DNA from: Plasmodiophora brassicae
Taxonomy: Eukaryota
Direction of reading: 5' to 3'
Length of the DNA stretch: 64,000 nt
Assembly: GCA_036867785.1 (NCBI GenBank)
Contig: CP145413.1
Coordinates: 372,001-436,000 of the forward strand
This document shows, piece by piece, positions 29,997-46,100 of this stretch. The stretch's first letter is position 1; each line of letters begins with the position of its first letter. Position numbers and translations under genes: made by a program. A model generated the notes under the pieces. It did not search any database and was not told the origin of the DNA. It worked only from the letters and a program-made list of their open reading frames with translations.

Positions 29997-30356
29997 ATGG
30001 TGGATCTAACGTCGTTCTCCGATATGCACGAATGGTTGGCTGGCATTCTTCGAGGCGCTCAAGATGAATGTCAAACCCAAGAACTGGAGGCGGAAGGCTT
30101 ACGGCGAACTTTGCGGACGGCAAGTTCGGCGGTTGCTTCGCAGCGAGTTGCACGGCGTCACCTGTCAAGCCAGTTATCAAGCATAACGGAGCGGGTCCGG
30201 ACTGAGCACGACGCCCTGCGGACTCAGAAACGGAAGAACAACTCTTACCTGAAGCGGTGCGAGCTCGATATCGACCAAATCGAAATCGAAATTGAGAAGG
30301 CAGAGCTGGAATCACGACGAAAGGCGATCGTCGAGGGACTTAACCATAAACAGTAG
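29997..30356 (+). CDS. Hypothetical 119-aa coiled-coil protein
   Basis: ATG-initiated intronless ORF rich in E/R/L/Q with heptad character. Fills the gap between two genes. Confidence 0.55.
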   Translation: MVDLTSFSDMHEWLAGILRGAQDECQTQELEAEGLRRTLRTASSAVASQRVARRHLSSQLSSITERVRTEHDALRTQKRKNNSYLKRCELDIDQIEIEIEKAELESRRKAIVEGLNHKQ

Positions 30357-30491
30357 CCGCCCTCGGCCTACGAATAGAAAGAATGACATTTCTTTCTGGT
30401 TTCTCGAAAGAAATCGGCACGTAGGCAGAAGATGAACCGGGCGGCCACGACGGAACGTAAGTGGTGTAGACTGTATTCCCAGTAGTAAAGG

Positions 30492-32047
30492 TCACTTGGA
30501 GAACGCCTGCAGCCCTGTAATCGCTCTACCAACGATGAGAGCGTGAATGTCAGCAGTCCCCTCATAAGTGTTGACTGCCTCCAGGTTGCACATATGACGC
30601 ATGACGTGGTATTCATCTATAGGACTTTAAGCACGTCCACAGCAACTGAAACACCGCGACACATCACCTGAGATACCGTTGCCGCCAAGCATGTCACGAC
30701 ACGTCCTTGCGATCTGCAAAGCCTTCATACAAGAGTTTCGCTTGATCATCGATATCATTGTTGGATTCAGCTGGCCTTCGTCTTTGAGCCGACCAACACG
30801 TAAACAGCCATGTAAAGCGAATGTGCTCTCGGAAAGCATATCCGCGAGTTTGAATTGTACCAACTGTGTGCAACCCGCAATTCAACAGATGGATCCAGTC
30901 AATGATGAAATCCACAAACCTGGTTCGACGCCAATGGTGACCCAAACTGTAACCGGTCCAAGGTGTACTGACGGGTAATCCTGATGCATTCTTCGGCGGC
31001 TCCAAGGGCTCCCCACGCAATTCCGAACCTACATGACTGATGAGGTGGGAGATGAACTCCACATTAGACGAGGTACCTCGCATTGTTCAGACATGAGAAT
31101 GGCCCTTTGAGACCCTTGACCGTGGGGAACATTCTCGACTTGGGGACACGCACATCTTCCAACACGATCTCTCCGGTACACGAGGCACGCAACGAAAGCT
31201 TCCCCTCAATAACGGGGGTTGAAATACCTCTCATACCCCGATCAAGGAGAAATCCTCGGATATCGCCCTCATCGTCCTTCGCCCACACCACGAACACATC
31301 CGCAATTGGCGAGTTCGTAATCCATGTCTTTGAGCCATTTAAGATGTAGTCCTTGCCACCATCCTGGACAGCGTATGTCTCCATGCTTCCAGGGTCAGAA
31401 CCTGGCAACGCAACAGGTGAACATCGCCATGTCAGGTTTTTCAATTCACAAACCTGACCGTGATTGGGCTCAGTGAGGCCGAAACATCCAATGACGTCTC
31501 CAGTTGCAAGTTTGGGAAGCCATTCGTTCTTCATCTCTTCCGTCCCGAACTCATTGATTGGGTGCATCACAAGCGACGACTGGACAGATAACGCAGAACG
31601 GTAGCTACTGTCGACTCTGTCGAGCTGCGTTAGGACGCGAGAAATATCACTAATCCCAGCAGTACCGTTCAATTTCTCTAGCTATGAGGCCATACGCGAC
31701 AGATGATACGCCAGCGCAGCCGTGCCCCTTAATTGTCGACCCGAGAAATCCAAACTCTTCAACACATTCATGCACTAAAATCACAATGATCGGACATCCA
31801 TCGTACCGCCCATCTCCTGCATGATCTCGCGGTCGAACTCGCCTTTGCGAGCCGCTGTCACAACGCGCGGCAGCAGTTTATCCTGGGCGTACGCCCGCGC
31901 CATGTCGCGCACGGCGATCTCCTCATCAGTCAGTAGCTTGTCGAGGAGCAGCGGGTCCTCCCATGTGAACTCACTGAACGAGGCAAAGCGCCTCGCCTCG
32001 ACAGCTGGTGGCCATCGCGACAGCCCCTGTCTCAGAGCCCGTAGCAT
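30492..32047 (-). CDS. GCDH: Mitochondrial glutaryl-CoA dehydrogenase, multi-exon
   Basis: Presequence, [79 protein letters not shown]. Confidence 0.95.
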
Positions 32048-32400
32048 GACGACGACTCAAAATGGCAACACAAGGCCAACCGTGAAGCGATGGCAAGCGG
32101 ACCGCGCCTTGATTCGCCTGTGGGCTGTGGCCCTTCACCTTCGTTTTTGACCAACCTGAGTCCACGTTTTTCTAATCTGGTAGTAGCCTACTGATTCGGA
32201 TTCGGCGACTCAGACAAGACCAGGTTCTCTAACAGGAGAATAACATTTTGTTCGGATCTATGTACATAGCTTGTGCTGGTTCTATAGCTTTGTCTTTGAA
32301 TGCAAAATTCGGCAGACGGAATACATCGCAGCGATAGAGCAGTCGATTGCGACGTGGACGAGAACACGACTCCCGTACGTTTGCGAGTTGTTGCCCACAG

Positions 32401-32953
32401 GTGGCTGGTTACGTGTGGACTCATCGGGACCTACCAGAAGAGATTACCTACCAGCTAATGGCTAATTTGTTCGTTTACGGTTACCTCCGCTGTCGGCAAT
32501 GTCTGGCACGATGAGTACTTGAGAGGCTTCCTGCTCGGCTTCGTCAACGGGAACCGGTGGTTCTTGACCAGCGGCAGCGAAGTCTCGTATATCGGCTACT
32601 GGATGAGCTTGTATGCCAATCTCACCAGGCGCGACGATGCCGCATGGGTTTCTTCGGAACGAATTGGACTCCAGACAGGAAACAGCATTGCTAACCTAAT
32701 GATTATGCATGAGTGTGATGCGACCTTCAACTACAGGAATCATTACTCTGGTGGTAGGATGGGTCGTCAGGACAGTACCAACAATGAACGCTATAACGAA
32801 AACGTGTTGCAAGAGAGACAGCAAACGGCTCCCTTGCTTGTGAAGAAAACCGAAAACGTACTGCAAGAGAGACAGCAATCGGCTCCAGTGCTTGTGAAGA
32901 ATAGAGTTCCTATGACCACCCGACGCCAGTTGTCCGTCGTCGCTGCCACTTGA
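32401..32953 (+). pseudogene. Orphan ORF or disrupted gene fragment with a 54-bp tandem duplication
   Basis: ORF 32519-32953 lacks a clean ATG start. A protein-like upstream frame (VAGYVWTHRDLPEEITYQL) is offset from it. Contains ENVLQERQQ(T/S)AP(L/V)LVK x2. Confidence 0.3.
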
Positions 32954-33246
32954 GACGTCGTCGTCTGAGTCCAGCTCATCTTCGCTGCAGTGTGAGTTCT
33001 CGATGGCGGTCTTGCAGCGGGGTACGACGCGGCAGGTGAATCTGTACAGTCCTTATCAGCCCGATTCGACTACTGGACGCGGGACGTTAGACCGGCGAGA
33101 TGGATGCCACACAGCTTCTAACTCGCGGCAACCGTCCATTGCAGGCGAAGACGCTAGAGGCTCGGCCAGCGATCGGACAAGTACGTTTTGGTTGCAGTAA
33201 CAAGATATCTGCCCCGTCGGCCGATAGTGTTAGTAGTATTAACACC

Positions 33247-34829
<1,583 letters not shown>

Positions 34830-35057
34830 GCCAACCGCAGAAATTGTGCGGAGTTTCGGTTCGCCGCTACTCCTATCCGCAGGACGCCAACGACCAATTG
34901 CCAGTGGGCATTCGACGAAGCCATACAAGCAACAGGGTTCGTTCAATTTCATTATCATAGTGTCCACGCGATCCAGATAAAAACAGTGCATGTCACTGAT
35001 ATATAAGGAAGGAGGATTTGTCATCGTGTCTCTGCAGACGGAACAGCGGGTGGATTA

Positions 35058-35506
35058 TTAATGTGGAGCGTTGTCGCTGGGTTTGTTTGCCGCCGTATAG
35101 GAGCTGTAAGCGGCCACGGCACCAACACCAACTAGGGTCGCGGCTGCAGCAGACAATACCAATTAGCGCTTGAAAGGCCAACCATATGCAACGAGAATCA
35201 CCTTGAGCAAAGACACGGTAGCCCATGGTTGTTGCGGACAGCCCTCCCTTACGACTGGTCATGGCGATGATTCCCGAGAGCATGACCGCCCCGGTGAGAA
35301 GCATGCCTGCAGTCCCGACGCCGCCGCTCATCAGTCGGTCGACGAGCCGCACATTGGACTGATCTGTCGTGGTCGACGTGAACGTGCCTGCGATCACGTC
35401 ATTCAGCGACAAAGTTACGTCCATAGCATTGGTTCAACATCTCACCATCACCAGTTACCAGAGGGTTCTTTCGAGCTGTCTGCTTGTCACCACCGCCCGA
35501 CGCCAT
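35058..35506 (-). CDS. HIG1-domain (Rcf1/HIGD-like) small mitochondrial membrane protein, 3 exons
   Basis: Spliced product contains GMLLTGAVMLSGIIAM...SATTMGYRVFAQ|AATLVGVGAV: two TM helices with an M..RV.AQ motif. Confidence 0.75.
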
Positions 35507-36266
35507 GTCCGCCCGCTCTTTCGTCGGCAGCGTGATGACTTGGTTGTGCCGTGTTCGCCCCGGGCCACTGACTTCCACGCTGTTTTTTACGCTTACCGGT
35601 AGTCTGATCGGTAGATCGCTGAAGTGCTGTGCTTCCTGGCGAACCAGCAGCACCAACGTCCCGCTACTAGCAGAATGACGAGCAGTACGGCACTTCGGAA
35701 CGGAACGGAACCGAAAGGAGAGTAAACCTGGGACTGGCGGCAGCCTTGTGGCTGCAGCTTCTTAACACACCTTTTCTTGATGCCCTTCTGTCGCTGTTCC
35801 AGCTATGACTAAAGACCGTTACCCAACGGCTACGGTTGTGGGCAAATTGCCCAGCAAAGTGGCGTAGTCGGCACAACTCGTGTTCACCTGCAGACGTTGC
35901 CAATGTCACAGTTAGCCATACCCGAATATGACGATTAAGGCTAGAAACCGTAGTTGGTTACTTGGTACGTTTCAGATTGAGCAGCATTAAGTCGATCGAT
36001 CCTACGTCACTCGAAAACGCACAAGGGGTGCACCATATCGCGCCCACCTTGGTGTTGACCACCCTAAGCTTAAACTCCGCTATGGATACATACGCGGTAC
36101 ATATGCTGAAAACCGGCACGTGAATAAGCGCCACATGGGCATGAATAATCAAACAAGGACTCGCGAGTGAAGTCGCAGATCCATGGCGATGGAAAGGGAA
36201 GGACACGTAAAAATTGCGCCTATTTGTGTCATAGATTTTTGGCGGCATCGCTTGATCGACGGGGCG

Positions 36267-39200
36267 ATGGCGGGCGATGAGCAACGGAAAGCGGTGAAGG
36301 TCATCGTGCCGTCCGACGAGACAGAGGAGCAGAAGAAGGCCAGAATTGCGAAAGAAGAGGTTCCACTGAGTCGGCGTCCTGACAATGCTGGGAAGCCCGA
36401 GAAGGATGACCCGTATGCCGACATGGTCGGTCGGTTGCTCGGAGCTATCTTGCTACAGCCTAAATGGTTGCTTGGTGGTAGAACGAGGAAGATAGACTGT
36501 TGAAGGAAAAGCTTGACCATCATATCGAGGTAACCATTAGACATTAGACTACGCGTTGTTGGTGCATACTCAGTTTCTTCTTTGCGTTAGGTCCTCAAGG
36601 ACCCGTCGAAGAAAAAGCAATACGTTGAGGCGCTTCAGGCTATCAGAACAGAAATTCGTTCTTCGACGTCGTCGATGACTTCTGTGCCGAAACCTCTCAA
36701 GTTCCTTCGAGACCATTATAGCGATTTCCAGAAATTTCATCAGAATTCGTTATCGGTAGACGAAAAGGTTCTGATGGCCGATATCCTTTCTGTCGTTGGG
36801 ATGACTCTGTCCTTGCCTGACGGCGAAAGTCTGAAATATCGAATGTATGGAACGAATGAGCCAATTGGGTCATGGGGTCATGAATATGTTCGGTACGTTA
36901 CTTGGTTCTGATATTTTACCATATCCTCAACTCCAGTCGTGTCAGTTTCATTGCGGCTGAACTTGGAGCTGAATTTACACGACGCAACGAGAAAGGCGAA
37001 AGGGTTGATGATTTGATGGACCTCGTTGATGAAATCCTAGCATTCGACATGCAACAAAACGTGGAAGCCGAGGCTTGTGATTTGCTAATTGAGTATGCGG
37101 AGATCGATTCTGTATCGACAGGTCTGTGAATTCGATTGCCGTAGGGTGGACTGTTTGGAGAAAATTCACGGCCTAATAAGGCCTGACAACTTCGCCAAGA
37201 CATGCGTTTATTTGCTACGAATGTCTAATTATCTTGCTGACACCGAAGAACAAATGAAAATGCTGAAGGTGGTGTTCGACGTGTATCTCAAGGTGTGGTA
37301 TCACATTCGAAATGATAACTGGTGTTCATCCTTAATCTGCAGTGCGGCGCATTGCCTGATGCACTTCGTGTGGCAATCAAGATGAATTCGAGACCGCTTA
37401 TTCTAGACGTACGTACTACCTGTGGGGCGATATGCCATAGTGTGATATCGGCTGTGTGCTCGCCGTTAGGTATTCGCCCAGTGCAAAGACCAAATTGTTC
37501 TTAAGCAGCTGGGTTTTATACTGTCGTCGCAAAAGCTCGTGCTTCCTGAGTATGAAGACGATGACGAGATGATGGAAATTATGGGGAACGGCAAACTCCA
37601 TGAACACTTCCTTATCCTCGCCAAAGAGCTCGACGTTCTCGAGCCGAAATCTCCTGAGGACATTTACAAGACTCATCTAACGGACTCAAATCGCCTGTCG
37701 CGAAAGAAACCTGGTATGCATAGATGCTTGTCCTTTACGTCGAAACGACCTCGATTAACGCGAGATCAGGAAACGCTGCGGTCGATTCTGCAAAGCAGAA
37801 CTTGGCATCGACGTTTGTCAACGCCTTCGTCAATGCTGGTTTTGGAAAAGACCCGTTGATGACGCCAGAAGGCTCCGACTGGATGTACAAGAATAAGGTA
37901 GGTTTGACCAGCTCGGTAAAGGCAATACCTGACATACTTCCAGGACCACGGTATGATGAGTGCTACCGCGTCAGTCGGTCTGATTTTATTATGGGACCTT
38001 GAACTCGGGTTCTCTGCAATCGATAAGTACTCCTACAACACGCAAGAGTACCTAAGGGCGGGAGCAATGCTGGCGACGGGAATGGTGTCGTCCGGGGTCT
38101 CCAGTGAAATGGATGCGGCGTTCGGTCTTCTTTCCGAAGTTATTGACAGTTCCTCGAAGTATAGTTGGCGCCTCATTTAAGATGTAGCGGTTGACTCGGT
38201 TTCCGTAGGAATATGAAGTTGTGCGCGATTATGGGACTTGGGCTCTCGTACGCGGGAACTGAAAAAGAGGACGTAAACGAAATTATCATGCCGATTCTGT
38301 CTGATTCCTCGCAGGGCCTGGTGGGTGACTCCCTGCTTATTTCCTTACGACACTCTGAGGCTTCTATCTACAGGAGCTTGTTGGGCATGCTGCAATTGCT
38401 TTAGGCATGGTCAACGTTGGGACTGCAAATGATGAGGTCTGTTTACCGGATGCATATTCGTAGCGTCTATTGACATATTGGTAGATATCGGGTGCTATTC
38501 TCGAGTGCTTTATGGAAAGGTCATCCAAAGAACTGGATGATTGTTGCGCGCGGTTCCTGGCCATCGGGTTGGGCCTACTTTACCTTGGGAAGGGCGAGGC
38601 TTGCGAAGCTATTCTTGAGGCGGTCCAAGTTGTTGAGCATCCCATCAACAAATTGATCAACGTTATTGTCCAGGTCGTTAATATCACGCAGCAGGAGTCT
38701 GTGGAATTAACGGCCGACTGTGTGCGTAGACTTGTGCTTTCGCGGCAACGGGTAATGTTCTTCAAGTCCAGAAGTTCCTGTCGATTGTCGGAGAGCATTT
38801 GGAGTCAGAAGAAGCAAGCCGGTACCAGGTATCAACATGTAACATGTTTGAGTGTCATGTCATTTGATACCCTTCCTCCAGGCTGTCGCTGTGCTTGGAA
38901 TTGCTGCAGTGGCGTTAGGGGAGAACCTCGGGGCAGAAATGGCGCTTCGGTCTTTCGACAACATGCTCCAGTACTGCGAGGTCGTTGTACGTTGAAACGT
39001 GCGGTATATGTTGTAACACTGCACACTATAGGTCGTACCCCGCCGTGCTGTACCTCTGGCTCTTGGACTGCTGTCCGTGTCGTACCCACAGGTTGCCGTT
39101 GTCGAGATTCTCTCCAAGTTGAGTCATGACCATGACGAAGAGGTTGAAATGGCCTATGGGAAATGTGTTTATTCCAACTCTGAGCATAGGTTAAATATAG

Positions 39201-39891
39201 GTCTCACAAAATGCAATATTGGGCTTGGGCTTGGCAGGAGCCGGTACAAACAATTCCCGAATTGCCCAGATGCTGCGTCAGCTCGCGGTCTACTATCAGA
39301 AAGAGCCCAACCATTTATTCCTTGTGCGAATTGCCCAAGGCTTTCTTCATCTTGGTAAAGGTCTTCTTAGCCTTTCGCCATATTATTCCGACAACTTCCT
39401 TCTCTCCAAGGTGACGCGCTGAAATTTGATACCTCACCCTGGTCCTCTAAGGCGCTTCCGTTTTGTAGGTCGGACTTGCGGGCCTTTTGTCGCTTCTTTT
39501 CCATTGCCTCGACATGAAGAACACCATTCTTGCTGAACGACATTATCTTCTGTACTCCATTGTTACGGCCATTCGGCCAAGAATGCTCATCACGTTGGAC
39601 GAGGAATTAAAGCCACTCCCAGTATCCGTCCGCGTAGGTCAGGCCGTGGACACAGTTGGTCAAGCTGGGTCGCCGAAGACAATCACTGGCTTCCAGGTCG
39701 TTCATTGCTTACCACGTATAGGCTTTAACTGAGCATGCACACAGACCCATACGACACCTGTTCTGCTTGGGTATAACGATCGTGCCGAACTTGCCACGGA
39801 TGAGTATATCCCAGTCACGTCCGTCCTTGAAGGCTTTGTCATCCTCAAAAAGAACCCTGAAGCAGGAAGCTCTCCGATGGAGACAGAATGA
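36267..39891 (+). CDS. RPN1: 26S proteasome non-ATPase regulatory subunit 2 (Rpn1), many exons
   Basis: [97 protein letters not shown]. Confidence 0.96.
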
Positions 39892-40150
39892 TCGTGACCG
39901 CGTACAATCAAATCACGCTCATAAACTGGCCGATTTCTTCACTGCTTCATTTTCCCTCCAGGTGCTCGCGATCACGTGTTTCCGAGTTTACTCCTCTACT
40001 GCTCGGTAGGTACGCTGCTCTCTAGATTCATCCGACTGTAAGCGTTAGATTTGGAGTTCATTTGGATTGTCTGAGATACCTTGAGCGTCAGATATTCTGG
40101 ATCGGAATGTGTACGATCGATCGATGCACGGCGGCGGCCGCATTGTTCCA

Positions 40151-43100
40151 ATGTATCGCGTGACGGCTCCAACGACGCTGCTCGTTGGGGTCAAGTTTCT
40201 ATTTGCCTTGCTTATCGCCTTATGGTGTCACCAGTCTGCTCAACCGTATGCTGCCGCTGTCAGGCATCTCGACGGCAGCCATGCTAGTCTTTTTGACGAA
40301 AAAGATGTTGATTGGAAATTGCTGAACACTGACTTGACCTTCTCAGACTTATACGATAAAAATGACCGATCTAAAGACACGTCGACCGAAGCGATGACGA
40401 ACGCGGACGACAGTGTTCTCCGACAAGACCACGACGGCTATTGTGATGACCAACCCGATGTTAACTGCGACAGCTCTGTCTCCGGTTGTGACATGACTCC
40501 AACCACCGTCTGCGACGACGAGCCAGATCATGGTTGCGACGACGATGGCTACCATTGCGATAGTTTCCCTGGTAAGGGTGTAACTCAGTGGTACCGAAGC
40601 CTCCAGCAAAGATCCGTGACCTTATGTCAGGTCCACCTCCCGTGGTAACGCCCTCTCCGACTCCAGGGGTGACACCTAACCCAACACCGAGTCTGACTCG
40701 AAAGCCAACCCCAGTGTTAACGCCAAGTCCAACACCGGCGCCGACTCCTAAGCCAACTCCCAGTCCAACGCCGCCACCTACTCCCAAGCCAACGCCGCAT
40801 CCAACGCCGGCTCCGACTCCCAAGCCAACACCAAGTCCAACGCCAAGTCCAACGCCAACGCCAACTCCCAAGCCAACGCCAAGTCCAACGCCAGCACCGA
40901 CTCCCAAGCCAACACCAAGTCCAACACCGGCGCCGACACCCAAGCCAACACCAAGTCCAACGCCAAATCCAACGCCAGCGCCAACGCCAGCGCCAACTCC
41001 CAAGCCAACGCCAAGTCCAACGCCGGCTCCGACTCCCAAGTCAACGCCGAGTCCAACGCCGGCTCCGACTCCCAAGCCAACGCCAAGTCCAACGCCGGCA
41101 CCTACTCCCAAGCCAACGCCGCATCCAACGTCGGCTCCGACTCCCAAGCCAACACCAAGTCCAACGCCAAGTCCAACGCCAGCACCGACTCCCAAGCCAA
41201 CACCAAGTCCAACGCCAAGTCCAACACCAAGTCCAACACCGGCACCGACCCCCAAGCCAACACCAAGTCCAACGCCAAGTCCAACGCCGGCACCGACTCC
41301 CAAGCCAACGCCATGCCCAACACCGGCACCGACTCCCAAGCCAACGCTGCATCCAACGCCAGCACCGACTCCCAAGCCAACGCCAAGCCCAACACCGGTT
41401 CCGACTCCCAAGCCAACACCAAGTCCAACGCCAAGTCCAACGCCAGTGCCAACTCCCAGTCCAACGCCGGCTCCGACTCCCAAGCCAACGCCAAGTCCAA
41501 CACCGGCTCCGACTCCCAAACCAACTCCAAGTCCAACGCCAGCACCGACCCCCAAGCCAACTCCCAGTCCAACGCCGGCTCCGACTCCCAAGCCAACGCC
41601 GCATCCAACGCCGGCACCTACTCCCAAGCCAACGCCAAGTCCAACACCGGCTACGACTCCCAAACCAACTCCAAGTCCAACGCCGGCTCCGACTCCCAAG
41701 CCAACGCCGCATCCAACGCCGGCCCCTACCCCCAAGCCAACGCCGGCACCGACTCCCAAGCCAACGCCAAGCCCAACACCGGCTCCGACTCCCAAGCCAA
41801 CACCAAGTCCAACGCCAAGTCCAACGCCAGTGCCAACTCCCAGTCCAACGCCGGCTCCGACTCCCAAGCCAACGCCAAGTCCAACACCGGCTCCGACTCC
41901 CAAACCAACTCCAAGTCCAACGCCAGCACCGACCCCCAAGCCAACTCCCAGTCCAACGCCGGCTCCGACTCCCAAGCCAACGCCGCATCCAACGCCGGCC
42001 CCTACTCCCAAGCCAACGCCGGCACCTACTTCCAAGCCAACGCCAAGTCCAACACCGGCTCCGACTCCCAAACCAACTCCAAGTCCAACGCCGGCTCCGA
42101 CTCCCAAGCCAACGCCGCATCCAACGCCGGCCCCTACCCCCAAGCCAACGCCGGCACCTACTTCCAAGCCAACGCCAAGTCCAACACCGGCTCCGACTCC
42201 CAAACCAACTCCAAGTCCAACGCCGGCTCCGACTCCCAAGCCAACGCCGCATCCAACGCCGGCCCCTACTCCCAAGCCAACGCCGCATCCAACGCCGGCA
42301 CCTACTCCCAAGCCAACGCCAAGTCCAACGCCGGCTCCGACTCCCAAGCCAACGCCGCATCCAACGCCGGCACCTACTCCCAAGCCAACACCAAGTCCAA
42401 CGCCAAGTCCAACGCCAGCACCGACTCCCAAGCCAACGCCGCATCCATCGCCAGCACCGACCCCCAAGCCAACGCCAAGTCCAACACCGGCTCCGACTCA
42501 CAAGCCAACGCCACATCCTACGCCGGTTCCGACTCCCAAGCCGACACCGAGTCCGACGCCGGCACCGACTTCCCAGCCAACGTCAGCACCGACTCCCAAG
42601 CCATCACGTCCAACACCGGCACCGACTCCCAAACCAACACCAAGTCCAACACTGGCTCCGACTCCCAAGCCATCACCAAATCCAACACCGGCACCGACTC
42701 CCAAGCCAACGCCAACACCAACTCCCAAGCCAACACCAAGTCAAACGCCGACACCGACTCCCAAGCCAACGCCAACACCAACTCCCAAGCCAACACCAAG
42801 TCAGACGCCGGCACCGACTCTTAAACCGACGCCAGCACCGACTCCCAAACCAACCCCAGCACCGGCTCCCAAACCAACGCCAAGTCCAACGCGAGTACCG
42901 ACTTCTAAGCCGACGCCTGAACATACTCCCAAATCAACGGCATCGCCAACTCCTACACCAACTCCAGTGCCGACTCCTATACCAACACAAAACCCCACGC
43001 GAGTACCGACTCCCAAACCAACACCCTCATCGTCTACTCAACGAACAACTTCGACTCCTGCAGCGACACCCTCGGTTCACACTTCACGTGCTGTTGATGT

Positions 43101-46100
43101 ACCAACCACCAGCAAAACTTTCTCCTCAACCGGATTAACCAGGCCGCTGAGATCCACAGCTACAAGCGCCCCATTCACCAAACTTGCAAGGCGATCGTCG
43201 ACAATAGCCCCGACTTCTTCGCCGCCGACTTCACCATCAACGACGGTGCCTACATCAAATGGAACCAAGATGCCATTCACGAGGCTCAGGACGACACGCT
43301 TGCCAACGACGCTTGTCCGTCGGTCCTCGTCGATGCCTGTTACTGCGCACACTGCCACACCTGCTGTTCAGTTATCAACCGCTGCTCGGTCACCGACTCC
43401 TTCGGTGCAAGCACCGACTCCTAGTCCAAGTTCCACGCGACCTCCGTCGCCTAGGCCGACCCCGACAACCGATACCGATACCTCGAAACACTCAAGCTCT
43501 GACTCGACTTCAACGGACACCGATTCCACGCCGTCTGAGAATCATCCATCTCCGACACCTTCACGCCCATCATCTGGCCCTCCACCGACTCCAGTGACAC
43601 AAGCACCTACTCCTGTTGTGCATGCGCCAACTCCCGCTGTGCAATCATCGACTCCTGCAGTGCAACCGTCAACGCCTTCAGTCCAGACTCCAGCTCCTGT
43701 CCCGCAATCACCTAGACCTCCCACGCCAGCTTCGACCCCTGCGGCACAACCGTCTTCTTCTAAGGTCCAATCCACAATTCCTGCAGTAACGTCAGCTCCC
43801 GCCGAGAGTCCCTCAACCTCTGCTCGGCGAACAGCACCACCTGTATCGCCATCGACCCCTTCTGTACACCAGCCAACAACGGCTAAGTCGTCAACTTCTG
43901 TTGTGCAACCATCATCGCCCGCCGTCCGAACACCAACTCCCGCTGTTCAAGCACCTACCCCTGCTGTACAAGCACCCACTCCCAAACCGAGCTCGAGGCA
44001 TCCGCCGTCAGGCCCGAGGACGTCGTCGCCAACCGGCACGTCGACGCATTCGTCTGCCACAGATTCGTCGTCAACGCGCTCGGATTCGTCTTCAACTGAC
44101 GACCACAGTACGCCCTCTGAGCACCATCCATCGACAGCACCTACACATTCACCCTCTGGCCCTGCGCCAACTCCACAGCGGCACGCGTCGACTCCTGCTG
44201 TTCCATCGTCCGTTCAACCATCGACACGGGCAGGGCACGTGTCGACTCCCGCAGCACCAACATCAACTCCTGCCATTAGGGCATCCACTCCTGCTGTAAC
44301 ACCGGCAACATCTGCACAACCGCAGTCAACGACACGTGCTGTTCAACCACCTACTCCTGTCGTGCGGCCATCAACTCCAGCTGTACACCAGACAACGCGT
44401 GTGGGTCAACCATCGACTCCTGCTGCACAAGCCCCGACTCCAAATCCTAGTTCAAGGCACCCTCCTTCAGGCACTAGGACGCCGAGACCGTCGCCGACAA
44501 CGGATACTGACACGTCCAGGCATTCATCGACCACCGACTCGTCTTCAACTGACGACCGTACCACGCCTTCTGAGCACCATCCTTCGACAGCACCTACACA
44601 TTCACCCTCTGGTCCTGCTCCAACTCCAGAGCGGCACGCGTCGACTCCTGCTGTCCCATCGTCCGTTCAACCATCGACACGGGCCGGGCACGTGTCGACT
44701 CCCGCAGCACCAACATCAACACCTGCCATTAGGGCGACCAGTCCTGCTGTAACACCAGCAACATCTGCAGTACCGCATTCAACAACACGTGCTGTTCAAC
44801 CACCAACTCCTGTCCCACCGCAACCAACTCCAGCTTTACATCCGACAACGCATGCGGTCCCGTCACCAACTCCGACAGCACAAGCGCCGACTCCAAGGCG
44901 CCCACCTTCACGCACAAGGACACCGAGACCATCGCCGACAACTGACAACACCGACACGTCCCGGCATTCATCGGCCACCGACTCGTCGTCAACGCGCACC
45001 GATTCGTCTTCAACTGACGACAGTACCACGCCTTCTGAGCACCACCATCCATCGACATCGCCCACACATCCACCCTCTGGTCCTGCGCCAACTCCAGTGC
45101 GGCACGCGTCGACTCCTGCTGTCCCATCGTCCGGTCAACCATCGACACGGGCCGGGCACGTCTCGACCCCCGCAGCACCAACATCAACTCCTGCCATTAG
45201 GGCAACCACTCCTGCTGTAACACCAGCAACATCTGCAGTACCGCATTCAACAACACGTGCTGTTCAACCACCAACTCCTGTCCCACCGCAACCAACTCCA
45301 GCTTTACATCCGACAACGCATGCGGTCCCGTCACCAACTCCGACAGCACAAGCGCCGACTCCAAGGCGCCCACCTTCACGCACAAGGACACCGAGACCAT
45401 CGCCGACAACTGACAACACCGACACGTCCCGGCATTCATCGGCCACCGACTCGTCGTCAACGCGCACCGATTCGTCTTCAACTGACGACAGTACCACGCC
45501 TTCTGAGCACCATCCATCGACAGCACCTACACATCCACCCTCTGGTCCTGCGCCAACTCCAGTGCGGCACGCGTCGACTCCTGCTGTGCAAGTACCAACT
45601 TCGACAGTCCCGTCATCAATTCAACCATCCACTCCCACAGCACAGCCGCCAACGCCTGCACCGTCGTCAACATCACCTCCTACTGTACAACCGTCATCTC
45701 CTGCGACAACAGCACCAACTACTGCCGTTCGGGCGTCGACTCCTGCTGTTCAGCCATCGACACTTCCGCCACAAACATCAACTCCCGCTGGGCAGCGGTC
45801 AACTCCTGGAGTACACTCAACAACATCTGTGGCTAAGGCATCAACCCCTGCTCCTCAAGCACCGACTCCCAAACCTAGTTCAAAGCACCCGCCATCAGGC
45901 ACGAGGACACCGCGTCCCCCGTCGACAACTGACACCGACACCTCGACACATTCATCATCGCACACCGATTCATCTTCAACTGACGATCATACCACTCCTT
46001 CTGAGCACCATCCGTCGACAGCACCTTCGCAGTCACCGTCTGGCCCTGCGCCGACGCCTGCAGCGCAGGCCCCAACTCCGGCCGTTCGGGCATCAACTCC

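Noticed and set aside
35690..35740. GAAAGGAGAG resembling U6atac, and ggaac repeats
   Set aside because: The downstream U6atac catalytic core (GGTTAGC stem-loop) is absent.
40461..42467. 668-aa (GVGLGVGA)n elastin/silk-like ORF on the minus strand, plus other alternate-frame ORFs over the repeats
   Set aside because: Antisense and alternate-frame shadows of the PTPx coding repeat. The plus-strand frame has a signal peptide, splice links and a TM anchor.
40700..42800. Regular short repeats superficially like a CRISPR array
   Set aside because: Contiguous tandem coding units with no unique spacers and no cas genes, in a eukaryotic context.
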